From NCBI GenBank assembly GCA_963782055.1, contig CAWAIF010000003.1:1792001-1856000 (forward strand): 64,000 bases of DNA, read 5' to 3'. The translations under genes and the position numbers were made by a program. Source of the stretch: an uncultured delta proteobacterium (lineage in GTDB: Bacteria; Myxococcota_A; Polyangia; Polyangiales; Polyangiaceae). The notes under the pieces are model-generated. The model was not told the DNA's origin. It ran no database searches and worked only from the letters and a program-made list of their open reading frames with translations. Shown one piece after another: positions 41,531 through 49,839 of this stretch; within the stretch, counting starts at the first letter, position 1, and each line of letters begins with the position of its first letter.

Positions 41531-41695
41531 ATGACCGATCCCAACGCCGAGGTGAAGGAGGCTCCTGCGGAGCAGGAGACGCCGAAGAAGCGCCCGTACG
41601 TGGCGCCCCGGCTCGTGGAGCTGGGGAAGGTGCGGGATCTGACGGCGGCGGGCGGGGCTTCTAGCACCGATGGTGGTTTCACTCGACGCCCGTAG
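41531..41695 (+). CDS. Lasso peptide precursor (54 aa; absent from the ORF track)
   Basis: MTDPNAEVKEAPAEQETPKKRPYVAPRLVELGKVRDLTA-AGGASSTDGGFTRRP: YxxPxLxxxGxxxxxT leader motif, Thr at -2, core Ala1 with Asp8. Confidence 0.9.
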   Translation: MTDPNAEVKEAPAEQETPKKRPYVAPRLVELGKVRDLTAAGGASSTDGGFTRRP

Positions 41696-43112
41696 GCAAC
41701 TGTTGATCTCCGGTCCCTTCGGGCTGCCTCGACTCTACTACTCCGTTGGTGACCACCGTGTCGCGCCTGAGTTGGATCGTCTGAGGCGCATCACCGACGC
41801 AGAACCGGACGATGCAGGTCTCGCGGGCTGGTGCACCGGAATCCGTGACGCTGATGCCGGCACCACACTCTTCACCCGCCTCCGCCGGCTTCAACCGTTC
41901 GAGACCATTCCAGCATCCTCTGATGATGCGGGCCGTTCCGCGCAGATGCCCGTCCTGCCGTCCCGAGCGTGGGACCGTCGATCTCCTGCAGACCTGGCGA
42001 CTGAACTCCGCGCGCGTCTGTTCAGCGCCGTCGCGAGGATTACGAAGGGAGCCCACAGGGTGGCGGTGATGCTTGGGGGCCTAGACTCAAGCGCGGTACT
42101 CAGTATCTTGACGAGGCTCTTCCCACCGACTTCCCTCTTCGCCATCACTATCCTGTTTGAAGAGGGGGAGCGCGATGCTCCATATGCTGAGGCCTTGTGT
42201 CGCCACTTCGGCGTAAGATGGTATCCGTTACCCTTGTCGAGAGCGGTGCCGGTAGAGGCGTTTGTGGTGGCTGATGCTCACCCCTGCCTCTCGCCCCACG
42301 CCGGTAGCGAGCTTGGAGCTTTTCGGCTGGCCGCAGAGCTGGGCGCCGACGTTGTCGTCACGGCAACGCTTGGCGACGCGGCGTTCGGGGGAAATCTTGG
42401 CCAAATTGGCCGCCTCTACGCCCGCCGTCATCCCATCGCGGCCGCTCGCCTCGCGCTTCGCGCTCAGCTTCCGTGGCATCCGAGTCCGCTCCGACGTGTG
42501 CGCAGTTTGCTCGTTGCACCGAACATCCGCGACCGTATGCCCGAGGTTGTACGCCGGTGGCGCTCGCGCCGGCAATGGAGAGACAGGGCTCCTTGGGTTA
42601 CGCCCCACTTTTCGAGACTACTGGAGCGACATGAGCTTTCCGCCGCCAAGCCATACTTTATTAGTACTACGCCGGCGGCTTGGCTGCGAGAGCTGGTTGC
42701 AAACGTCGATGTGTTGACCGTCACGGCCGGGCTCTCGGCCTTCGCCCAAACCTCTGGACTTCGTTGGCGGGACGCGCTCTTTGATGTGCCTCTGCTCGCG
42801 TTTCTGGCTGCTATTCCCATCGAGCGGCTACTTGATTGCAACAAGTTTCGAGGCTTGCTTCGTCGAGCGATGGCGGGCTGGATGCCGGACCCTGTTCGCT
42901 TGCGGGCTGGCAAGGCATCCATGAACGGCCGCAAGCGACACTTCCGGGCTGACGACTTGAGGGCGATGGGGGAGTTTGCCCGAGCGAGACAACTCGCGAA
43001 GCGGGGGCTTGTCGACTCGGCGGCGCTGCGTGCTGCGTTCGAACACGCCGACGACATCTCGCCCATTTGGCGTTTTCTGGCTGCCGAAGCTTGGTTGCAA
43101 CGGGTGGCTTGA
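41670..43112 (+). CDS. Lasso cyclase (asparagine-synthetase-like, C protein)
   Basis: PFGLPRLYY, GGLDSS PP-loop, LGDAAFGG, LLRRAMAGWMPDPVRLRAGK, AEAWL; adjacent to the precursor. Start uncertain. Confidence 0.85.
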   Translation: MVVSLDARRQLLISGPFGLPRLYYSVGDHRVAPELDRLRRITDAEPDDAGLAGWCTGIRDADAGTTLFTRLRRLQPFETIPASSDDAGRSAQMPVLPSRAWDRRSPADLATELRARLFSAVARITKGAHRVAVMLGGLDSSAVLSILTRLFPPTSLFAITILFEEGERDAPYAEALCRHFGVRWYPLPLSRAVPVEAFVVADAHPCLSPHAGSELGAFRLAAELGADVVVTATLGDAAFGGNLGQIGRLYARRHPIAAARLALRAQLPWHPSPLRRVRSLLVAPNIRDRMPEVVRRWRSRRQWRDRAPWVTPHFSRLLERHELSAAKPYFISTTPAAWLRELVANVDVLTVTAGLSAFAQTSGLRWRDALFDVPLLAFLAAIPIERLLDCNKFRGLLRRAMAGWMPDPVRLRAGKASMNGRKRHFRADDLRAMGEFARARQLAKRGLVDSAALRAAFEHADDISPIWRFLAAEAWLQRVA

Positions 43113-43837
43113 TGACTGTAGCAGCTGGCATTCCCTGCCTGGTGAACAGCGTGGCCGGCGGATATTCCGCGGAGTGGCCGGGCTTGGGTAGTCTCCGCAT
43201 TCAGGGCTCTTCAACTGTTCACCATACCTATGTTGATGATGCAGTTGCCGCCGAGAAGTGGCGCCGCGGTCCCGCGATGGCCGTGGAAAGATACTTGCGT
43301 CGCACCGGCGTCGGATTTCACGCGTCGGCTGTCAGTTTGCCCAGTGGCCACGCCATTGTCTTCGCCGGGGCAAGCGGTGCCGGAAAGTCCACCGCCGCCG
43401 CGGTCTTGTGTCTTCGAATGGGAGCAAGCTTGCTGGCAGATGACGTCTGCATCGGCAAGATCGACCGCGGTCAACTCTGGATAGAGCCCTCGGAGTCGCA
43501 GCACTGGCTGGATGGCCCGGCGCGCGAGCGTCTCGCGTACCCGCGTGGCCAGGGTCCTAAGCGGCCAGTGGCCGCCAGCTCGCTGGCCCACGCCCCTATC
43601 CCGGCCGCGAAGCTTGTGGCGCTGCGTGATGATGGGCCCGTGCAGCCCGTGCGCCTTCGTGGCCTGGAGGCGCTGACCGCGATAGCAGCGGCGTCGATGG
43701 CTCCCCACGTGGATGCTGAGGCGCAGAGTCGAGCCGTCGAGGATCTGGATCGGTTCGTCGTGATCGGGCGGCTCGTGGAGGTGGTGGCCTGCTGTCGTCT
43801 CCCCGATGATCTCCTGCTGCGGAAACTGGTGGCGTGA
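43112..43837 (+). CDS. HPr-kinase-like kinase (lasso-associated)
   Basis: FHASAV, Walker A GASGAGKST, LLADD; TGATG coupling to the cyclase stop. Confidence 0.82.
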   Translation: MTVAAGIPCLVNSVAGGYSAEWPGLGSLRIQGSSTVHHTYVDDAVAAEKWRRGPAMAVERYLRRTGVGFHASAVSLPSGHAIVFAGASGAGKSTAAAVLCLRMGASLLADDVCIGKIDRGQLWIEPSESQHWLDGPARERLAYPRGQGPKRPVAASSLAHAPIPAAKLVALRDDGPVQPVRLRGLEALTAIAAASMAPHVDAEAQSRAVEDLDRFVVIGRLVEVVACCRLPDDLLLRKLVA

Positions 43838-44124
43838 TGGAACGGGCTCTGACTTCCGACCGCTTCCAGGTGGCTGAGCACGTGCACGCCCGCGAGTTCG
43901 ACGGGGAGATGGTCGTGCTCGATCTGCAGTCAGGCACCTACTTCGGCCTCGACGAAGTGGGAGCCTTCTGCTGGCAGGCGCTGGGCGCCGGTCGTGCGGT
44001 CTCCGAGGTTGCGGGAGAGATCGCGGCCGTCTACGACGTCTCCCGAGACGAGGCTCTTCGGGATCTTCTAGCCTTGGCCGACGAATTATTGCAGCGGCAC
44101 CTCGTCCAACGGAGGGCACCATGA
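43837..44124 (+). CDS. PqqD-family RiPP recognition element (lasso B1)
   Basis: DGEMVVLDL.SGTYFGLDEVG..CW..L ... YDVS......DL..L..EL; TGATG coupling. Confidence 0.92.
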   Translation: MERALTSDRFQVAEHVHAREFDGEMVVLDLQSGTYFGLDEVGAFCWQALGAGRAVSEVAGEIAAVYDVSRDEALRDLLALADELLQRHLVQRRAP

Positions 44125-44507
44125 GCGGCCTGCACGTCGCCTCACGATTGGCGCTGCGGCTTCTTCGCCCACGCCAGGCTTTTCGGGTGGTGGCCGCCCT
44201 GGGGCGCCTCGTGCCCTCGCTCGACCGCACGGAGGCCGAGGCCTACGCGGTGAACCTGTCCGGGAGGGGCAGCTGCCTCTCCCGATCCGTCGCGGTGGCC
44301 GCTCGTCTTCCCGGCGCGAAGGTCATGATCGGCGTGGCGCCCGTCGGGTACGGGGCGGTGCGCGCCGCGCTCTACGGGGCAAGGCGCGGGGAGGTGCTCA
44401 AGGCGCATGCCTGGGTCGAGGTGGATGGGCGCCCCCTCGCAGGACAGCGGCCCCTGGGCAAGGTTCTGGCGACGCTCGAGGTAGCTCGACCAGTCACCGA
44501 TTCATGA
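44121..44507 (+). CDS. Lasso leader peptidase (transglutaminase-like, B2)
   Basis: CLSRS catalytic Cys, IGV, AHAWVE His motif; ATGA overlap with B1. Confidence 0.88.
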   Translation: MSGLHVASRLALRLLRPRQAFRVVAALGRLVPSLDRTEAEAYAVNLSGRGSCLSRSVAVAARLPGAKVMIGVAPVGYGAVRAALYGARRGEVLKAHAWVEVDGRPLAGQRPLGKVLATLEVARPVTDS

Positions 44508-44537
44508 TATCCTGGACGCGTCGGGAAGGAGCTTTCC

Positions 44538-45443
44538 ATGAGGAACTTGTCACGCATCGCAGCGATGGCTGGAGGGATCGTGGCCTGCAACGTCATCGCC
44601 TGGACGTCGATGGTGGGTTGCAGCGGAGACGACAACGCAATCCCCGATGGGGGCGATGCGGCCCCTGACAACACCCAGATAGATGTCTTCGTGCCCGACG
44701 TGCAGGGCCAGGACGTCGTGGGCGACGAGGACGCTGGCACCAACCCCGACGCTCCCTATGACGCAGCGTCTCTCCTAGCCTTCCCCGCCGAGGAAGCGCT
44801 GGCGAGCTGTGGTCGTCTCCGGACGTGCTGCTACGGCGCCGACGCTGGGGTCGCTCTCACCAAATGCATTGGACATGTTAGTCCACTTGGGATCAATGGC
44901 ACCCTCGTGGAATTGAGTCTCCCAGGCGTGCTTGATGGCGGGCATCTTCACCTGGATGAGACGACGGCAAACTCCTGTCTCGCAGCACTCAGTACCTTCT
45001 CGTGCCCGGTGATGCCGGAGTCCGAATACCGGAACGTCACACAGAATTGCTACGGGGCCGTGTCCGGTACCCTTCCCATCGGGGCTCAGGGGTGCAAGAC
45101 GAGCGTTGAGTGCGTGCCGGGAGCGTACTGCGCTGCTGCGACTGCGCCCGACGGCGGTCCCACGAAGGAGTGTTATGTTGTTGGCGATGCCGGCTCGCCC
45201 TGTACCGCATCCAACATCCAGTGCATGTACCGCGGGTATCTAGGCCAGAACCAGCTTCGTTGTGCCATTGACGGTGGGTCCACGGGGACATGTGGTCCCC
45301 AGCTCCAGAACGGTGCGAAGTGCAACTACTCCTTCGACTGTCTGTCGCAAACCTGCGACGAGACGGGCCATTGCGGTACTGCCTTCACACTGACGGATCC
45401 GGGGACTTGCGACTACCTCTTCTACAGCGACGCCGGGCTCTAG
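44538..45443 (+). CDS. Cys-rich lipoprotein
   Basis: AAGGAG RBS, MVGC lipobox, about 20 Cys; lower GC like the lasso genes. Confidence 0.75.
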   Translation: MRNLSRIAAMAGGIVACNVIAWTSMVGCSGDDNAIPDGGDAAPDNTQIDVFVPDVQGQDVVGDEDAGTNPDAPYDAASLLAFPAEEALASCGRLRTCCYGADAGVALTKCIGHVSPLGINGTLVELSLPGVLDGGHLHLDETTANSCLAALSTFSCPVMPESEYRNVTQNCYGAVSGTLPIGAQGCKTSVECVPGAYCAAATAPDGGPTKECYVVGDAGSPCTASNIQCMYRGYLGQNQLRCAIDGGSTGTCGPQLQNGAKCNYSFDCLSQTCDETGHCGTAFTLTDPGTCDYLFYSDAGL

Positions 45444-45461
45444 TCCGTCCCGTCGACGTCG

Positions 45462-47066
45462 ATGACGTCTCGCCTCACCGCACTGCGCCGAGCAGGTCCC
45501 TGGACCGCGCTCGGCGCGGCGCTTTTGTTCACCGAGCGCGTCGCCATCTTCGCCGCCGCCTCCGGTCTCGCCGCGCGGAGCGCCCGCGCCGCGCTCATCG
45601 CCGGGGCCGGCGCCTCCGCACTCCACCTGACCCGCTCCGCCTTCGGCTCCCTCGCCCGCACGCGGAGCCAGGCGGCGCTCTACGACGAGGCGCTCACCGC
45701 CGTGCTCGAGGGGGACGTGCTGGCGGTACAGGGCGAGAAGCTCCAGGCGACGCTCTTCTCGGCCATCGACGCCGCCGCGCGTGTCGGCGCCACCGCCGTT
45801 CCCTCGCTCATCGGTGACGGGCTCGCCGCCGCCGTCCTCGGCGTGTGGGTCGTCGCGGGCACGCCCACCGCGACCTGGGCCGTCGCGGGCGCCGCGCTCG
45901 CCGCGGGCCTCGTCCTCGCCCTGATCTCCCGTCGCGTCGCCGGCGCCGCCTCCGACCGGTTCTGGGCCGCGCACGAGCGCGTCGCGCGGCACCTCGTCGA
46001 CGGCGTGGACGGGCGCGTCGACCTCGCCGCGAGCGGTGAGGTCCCCGCCTTCCGCGAGGGCCTGCAGAGCGCCGTCTCGTCGCAGCGCTCCGTCGCGCGC
46101 CGCGCGGCCATGCTCGAGGCCTTCGCGGGACGTGCGCCCATGGCCGCCGCGGTCTTCGCCGCGCTGGGGGCCGTCCTCGCGCTTCATCCGTCGCTCGCCG
46201 GGACCGGCCTGGCGCACCTGATCGTGCTCGCCGGCGTCATGCCGCCCTTCGCGGGGCTCGCGATGTCCCTCGCGCAGGTGGCGCGCGCTCGCGGTCCGCT
46301 CCGCGCGCTGGACGCTCTCCTCCGCTCTCCGCGCATGGACGCAGGCGGTTCCTCGCAGCCTGCCGTGGCGGCCATCGATCTCCGGGGCGTGACCGTCCGC
46401 TACGGCGAGACGGTCGCCCTCGACGGGGTGACCATCCACCTGGAGCCGTCCGGCGTGCACGTACTCGTGGGTCCCAACGGGTGTGGAAAGACGACGCTCC
46501 TCGGCGTGCTCGCCCGGCTCGTTCGACCGTCCGACGGCGAGATCCTGGTCGGGGGCGACACGCTGGATGCGCTCGACCTCCGCGCCTGGCGTGCATCGCT
46601 CGGCTACCTCTCGCAGCGCCCGTACCTCCCGGTGCGCTGCTCGGTCCGCGTCGCGATGCGCTTCGTCGCCCCGCGCGCGGACGACGAGGCGCTGCGGGCT
46701 GCGCTGCGGCGGACGCGCGCGTGGGAGGTGCTCGCGAAGAAGTCGCCGGACGATCCGCTCTCCACCCCGGTCGACGGCCTGTCCGCCGGCGAGCGCCAGC
46801 GCGTCGCCCTCGCCCGCGTCCTGGTGCGCCAGCCTCGCGTGCTCCTGCTCGACGAGCCGGACGCCAACCTCGACGCCGAAGGCCGCGCGCTGCTCGTCCG
46901 GCTGCTCCGCGAGCTGGGGGAGTCGTGCTGCGTCGTCTGCGCGGCGCATGGCCGAGAGATCCGGGAAGCCGCCGATGTTCTGGTCCACCTCGAAGCAGGC
47001 CGGGTGGGCAGCGAGGAGCAGCCGCACCGTCCCCTCACCTCCGGGCGGCTCGCCTCGTCCGCGTGA
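45462..47066 (+). CDS. ABC exporter, fused TMD-NBD
   Basis: Several TM helices, Walker A GPNGCGKTT, signature LSAGERQR, Walker B LLLDEP, H-loop. Confidence 0.88.
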   Translation: MTSRLTALRRAGPWTALGAALLFTERVAIFAAASGLAARSARAALIAGAGASALHLTRSAFGSLARTRSQAALYDEALTAVLEGDVLAVQGEKLQATLFSAIDAAARVGATAVPSLIGDGLAAAVLGVWVVAGTPTATWAVAGAALAAGLVLALISRRVAGAASDRFWAAHERVARHLVDGVDGRVDLAASGEVPAFREGLQSAVSSQRSVARRAAMLEAFAGRAPMAAAVFAALGAVLALHPSLAGTGLAHLIVLAGVMPPFAGLAMSLAQVARARGPLRALDALLRSPRMDAGGSSQPAVAAIDLRGVTVRYGETVALDGVTIHLEPSGVHVLVGPNGCGKTTLLGVLARLVRPSDGEILVGGDTLDALDLRAWRASLGYLSQRPYLPVRCSVRVAMRFVAPRADDEALRAALRRTRAWEVLAKKSPDDPLSTPVDGLSAGERQRVALARVLVRQPRVLLLDEPDANLDAEGRALLVRLLRELGESCCVVCAAHGREIREAADVLVHLEAGRVGSEEQPHRPLTSGRLASSA

Positions 47067-47087
47067 CGAGCCGCCGCGGCCGCCGCG

Positions 47088-48413
47088 TCACCGTTCCCTC
47101 ACCTCCGGACACACCGGGCTCACCTCCCGCCCCGTCCCGCGCCCCACCGTCACCTTCTCCGGCTCTCCAAACGCCGCGATCAGCGCAAAATGCTCGTACC
47201 GGCACGGGGTCACCTCCAGCGCCGGGACCCCGCGCGCCCGCAGCTCCAGACCCCGGTCGATCTGCGCGTCCCGGCGCTCCGTCGGGCCGTTGCCCGGCAC
47301 CTCCCGCCACCGGCCCGCCACCCCGCTCAGCCACGCCACCCCGCCGATCACCACCGCCGCCACGAGCCACGCCTCCCGCCCGGGCCGGCCGTGGATCCCC
47401 GCCACCACCAGCGTCCGCGCGCCGTCCGCACCGGCGCACGCGAGCACCGCGAAGAGCGTCATCATCGCGCGCGCCGGATGGTGCGTGGGCGCGGCGTCCG
47501 CCAGATCGCCCGCCACGAGGAAGACCATGACCAGCAGCGCGCCGGCGAGCGGCAAGGCCCAGCGCGCGCGGAAGGCCCTCGACCGCAAGCACAGCACCGC
47601 CGGGATGGCGGCCAGCGGGATCTCCGGCGCCCCGTCCAGCGCCGCGCGCGGGTAGGCGAGCAGACGATCGACCAGCGGGCCTCCGCCGCCCAGCGCCTTG
47701 CGGTAGTTCGTGACGCGCGCCAGGAAGTGCACCGGGCTGCCGTGCGCGTGCGCGTTCCACGCCATCCAGGCGAGCGGTCCCAGCGCCGCCAGCGCCGCCG
47801 CCGTCGTCAGGCCGCGCCTCTCGCCGCGCTCCGCCTTCATCGCGCGCCACCCCGCCACGCACGCCACCATCGCCGCGATGGGCCACGCCTCGTAGCGCGA
47901 CAGCGCCGCGACCAGCGAGAACGCGCCGGCCGCCGTCAGCGCCGCCGGGCGCCGGTCCGCCAGCAGCACCAGCGCCGCCGCCGCGAGCAGCCCCGCCCAT
48001 CCCTCGGGCACCGTCGCCACCCCGAGCCACACGCTCCACGGGGTCAACGCCGCGAGCCCCGCGCCCAGCAGCGCGGAGATGCGCGGCACCTGCACCGCTC
48101 GCATGGCGCCGTAGAGCACCAGCGGCGCGGCGGTCCCGAGCACGAACGCAAGCCCGCGCGCGGTCGCCAGCGACCGCCCGAACGCCATCATGGTCGCTCC
48201 CGTCAGCCAGAAGGGCAGGGGAAGCCAGCTCGTGCCGCTCGGGTCCAGCCGCGGCGCGTGCGCGAAGCTCTCGGCGATGACCGTGCGCGCGTAGTCGTCG
48301 TCCGACACCTGCGCGAAGCCCGCGTGCAGGACGTAGAGCATCGCCCCCGTCCGGGCGAGCAGCAGCGCGAGCGCGCCGAGGTCGAGCGCCGGCGGCGCCG
48401 CGGCCCGCGTCAC
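47088..48413 (-). CDS. Polytopic membrane protein, GT-C glycosyltransferase-like
   Basis: DDDYAR first loop, WLPLPFW, RYEAW, many TM helices; start at GTG coupled to secG. Confidence 0.6.
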   Translation of the reverse strand: MTRAAAPPALDLGALALLLARTGAMLYVLHAGFAQVSDDDYARTVIAESFAHAPRLDPSGTSWLPLPFWLTGATMMAFGRSLATARGLAFVLGTAAPLVLYGAMRAVQVPRISALLGAGLAALTPWSVWLGVATVPEGWAGLLAAAALVLLADRRPAALTAAGAFSLVAALSRYEAWPIAAMVACVAGWRAMKAERGERRGLTTAAALAALGPLAWMAWNAHAHGSPVHFLARVTNYRKALGGGGPLVDRLLAYPRAALDGAPEIPLAAIPAVLCLRSRAFRARWALPLAGALLVMVFLVAGDLADAAPTHHPARAMMTLFAVLACAGADGARTLVVAGIHGRPGREAWLVAAVVIGGVAWLSGVAGRWREVPGNGPTERRDAQIDRGLELRARGVPALEVTPCRYEHFALIAAFGEPEKVTVGRGTGREVSPVCPEVRER

Positions 48414-49063
48414 GTCACGGGGCGGACGCGCTCGTCGCCGGGGGCGGCGCGGGTGCGGTGGCGGTGGTCGTCGCGACCACGTGCGGGGCGCTGGCGGTGG
48501 CCGCGGGCGGCGCCGCGGCGTGCGTGGCCGCGGCCGCGGCATGCGTCGGAGCGGGGGCAGGCGCCGAACGCGTGCGTCGGGGTCGGCGGCGCGGGCGCCT
48601 TGGCGGACGGCGCCGGTGCGGTGGCCGAGGGAGCCGGCGCGGTCGCGCTGTCCGACGGCGCGCTCACCGGCGGCGCAGGGGTCGACGAGGGAACGCCCAG
48701 GTCGATGGGCGGCTTGGCCCCCGACGGGACGGCGCTCGTCTCCGGGTGCTCCTTGTGATGGGTGCCGCGCTCCGCCTTCTTCTCCTTCTCCAGCTCGAGC
48801 TTCGCCGCGAGGGCGCGGTCGGCGGAGGAGGAGCGGTACGCCAAAGACACGCTGGTGAGCATGAACATGGTGGCGGCGATGGCGGTGGCCTTGGTGAGGA
48901 TGTTGCCCGCACCGCGCCCACCGAACACCTGGGTCGCGCCGCCGCCGCCGAAGGCGGCGCCGAGGCCTCCGCCGCGGCCCTGCTGCAGGAGCACCACGCC
49001 GATGAGCACCGCGGCCACCAGGACGTGCAAGATCTTGAGTAAGGTATCGAGGACGCTGCCCAT
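48410..49063 (-). CDS. secG: Preprotein translocase subunit SecG with long Pro/Ala tail (tail apparently frameshifted)
   Basis: VLLQQGRGGGLGAAFGGGG..QVFG.RGAGNILTKAT; follows tpiA with TGATG coupling. Confidence 0.88.
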   Translation of the reverse strand: MGSVLDTLLKILHVLVAAVLIGVVLLQQGRGGGLGAAFGGGGATQVFGGRGAGNILTKATAIAATMFMLTSVSLAYRSSSADRALAAKLELEKEKKAERGTHHKEHPETSAVPSGAKPPIDLGVPSSTPAPPVSAPSDSATAPAPSATAPAPSAKAPAPPTPTHAFGACPRSDACRGRGHARRGAARGHRQRPARGRDDHRHRTRAAPGDERVRPVT

Positions 49064-49839
49064 CAAAGGCTCCTGCCGATGGCTTCGGCGGCGTTGGCGA
49101 TAGCACCGAATGACCCGGCGTCCAAGCTCGCCCCGCCGATGAGCGCCCCGTCCACGTCCGGCTGGCCGAGCAGGGCGGTCGCGTTGTCCGGCTTGACCGA
49201 GCCCCCGTAGAGCACCCGCGTGGCCTCCGCGAGCTCGGCCGTCACCCCGCCGAGCCACCCCCGGATGGCGGCGTGGACCTCCTGGGCGTCCTGAGGTGCG
49301 GCGTTCTTGCCGGTCCCGATGGCCCAGACCGGCTCGTAGGCGATGGCAGCCGACACCGTCGCGTCCGCCAGCGCGGGCAGGAAGGCCGAGACCTGCCGGT
49401 GGACCACCTCGAGCGTCTTGCCCGCCTCGCGCTCGGCCAGAGTCTCGCCCACGCAGACGATGGGCACGATGGATTGGGAGAAGGCGGAGGCGACCTTGGC
49501 GGTCACCGAGGCGTCCGTCTCGCCGAAGAGCTGGCGGCGCTCGCTGTGACCCAGGATGACCCAGCCCGCTCCGGACTCCTTGATCATCGGGCCGCTGACC
49601 TCGCCGGTGAACGCGCCCTGCGGCTTGTCGTGCATGTTCTGGGCGGCGAGCTTCACGCTCGAGCCCTCCAGCTCGTGCGCCACGGCGGCGAGGGCGGTGA
49701 ACGGCGGCGCGACCAGGAGGTCCACGCCGGGGACCTGAGCGGCGAGGTCGCGGACCTGGGCCGCGAGGCGGACGCCCTCCAGGCCGCCGTGGAACATCTT
49801 CCAGTTGCCCGCGATGAGGGGGCGGCGCTTCGGGCTCAC
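49063..49839 (-). CDS. tpiA: Triosephosphate isomerase
   Basis: AGNWKM, GAFTGE, ILGHSERR, AYEPVWAIGTG, LYGGSV, GALIGGASL. Confidence 0.96.
   Translation of the reverse strand: MSPKRRPLIAGNWKMFHGGLEGVRLAAQVRDLAAQVPGVDLLVAPPFTALAAVAHELEGSSVKLAAQNMHDKPQGAFTGEVSGPMIKESGAGWVILGHSERRQLFGETDASVTAKVASAFSQSIVPIVCVGETLAEREAGKTLEVVHRQVSAFLPALADATVSAAIAYEPVWAIGTGKNAAPQDAQEVHAAIRGWLGGVTAELAEATRVLYGGSVKPDNATALLGQPDVDGALIGGASLDAGSFGAIANAAEAIGRSL

Noticed and set aside
41670..43112. Ordinary asparagine synthetase AsnB
   Set aside because: It lacks the N-terminal Cys glutaminase start and sits among precursor, RRE and B2 genes.
43837..44124. PQQ biosynthesis (pqqD)
   Set aside because: No pqqA/B/C/E nearby; the context is lasso B1.
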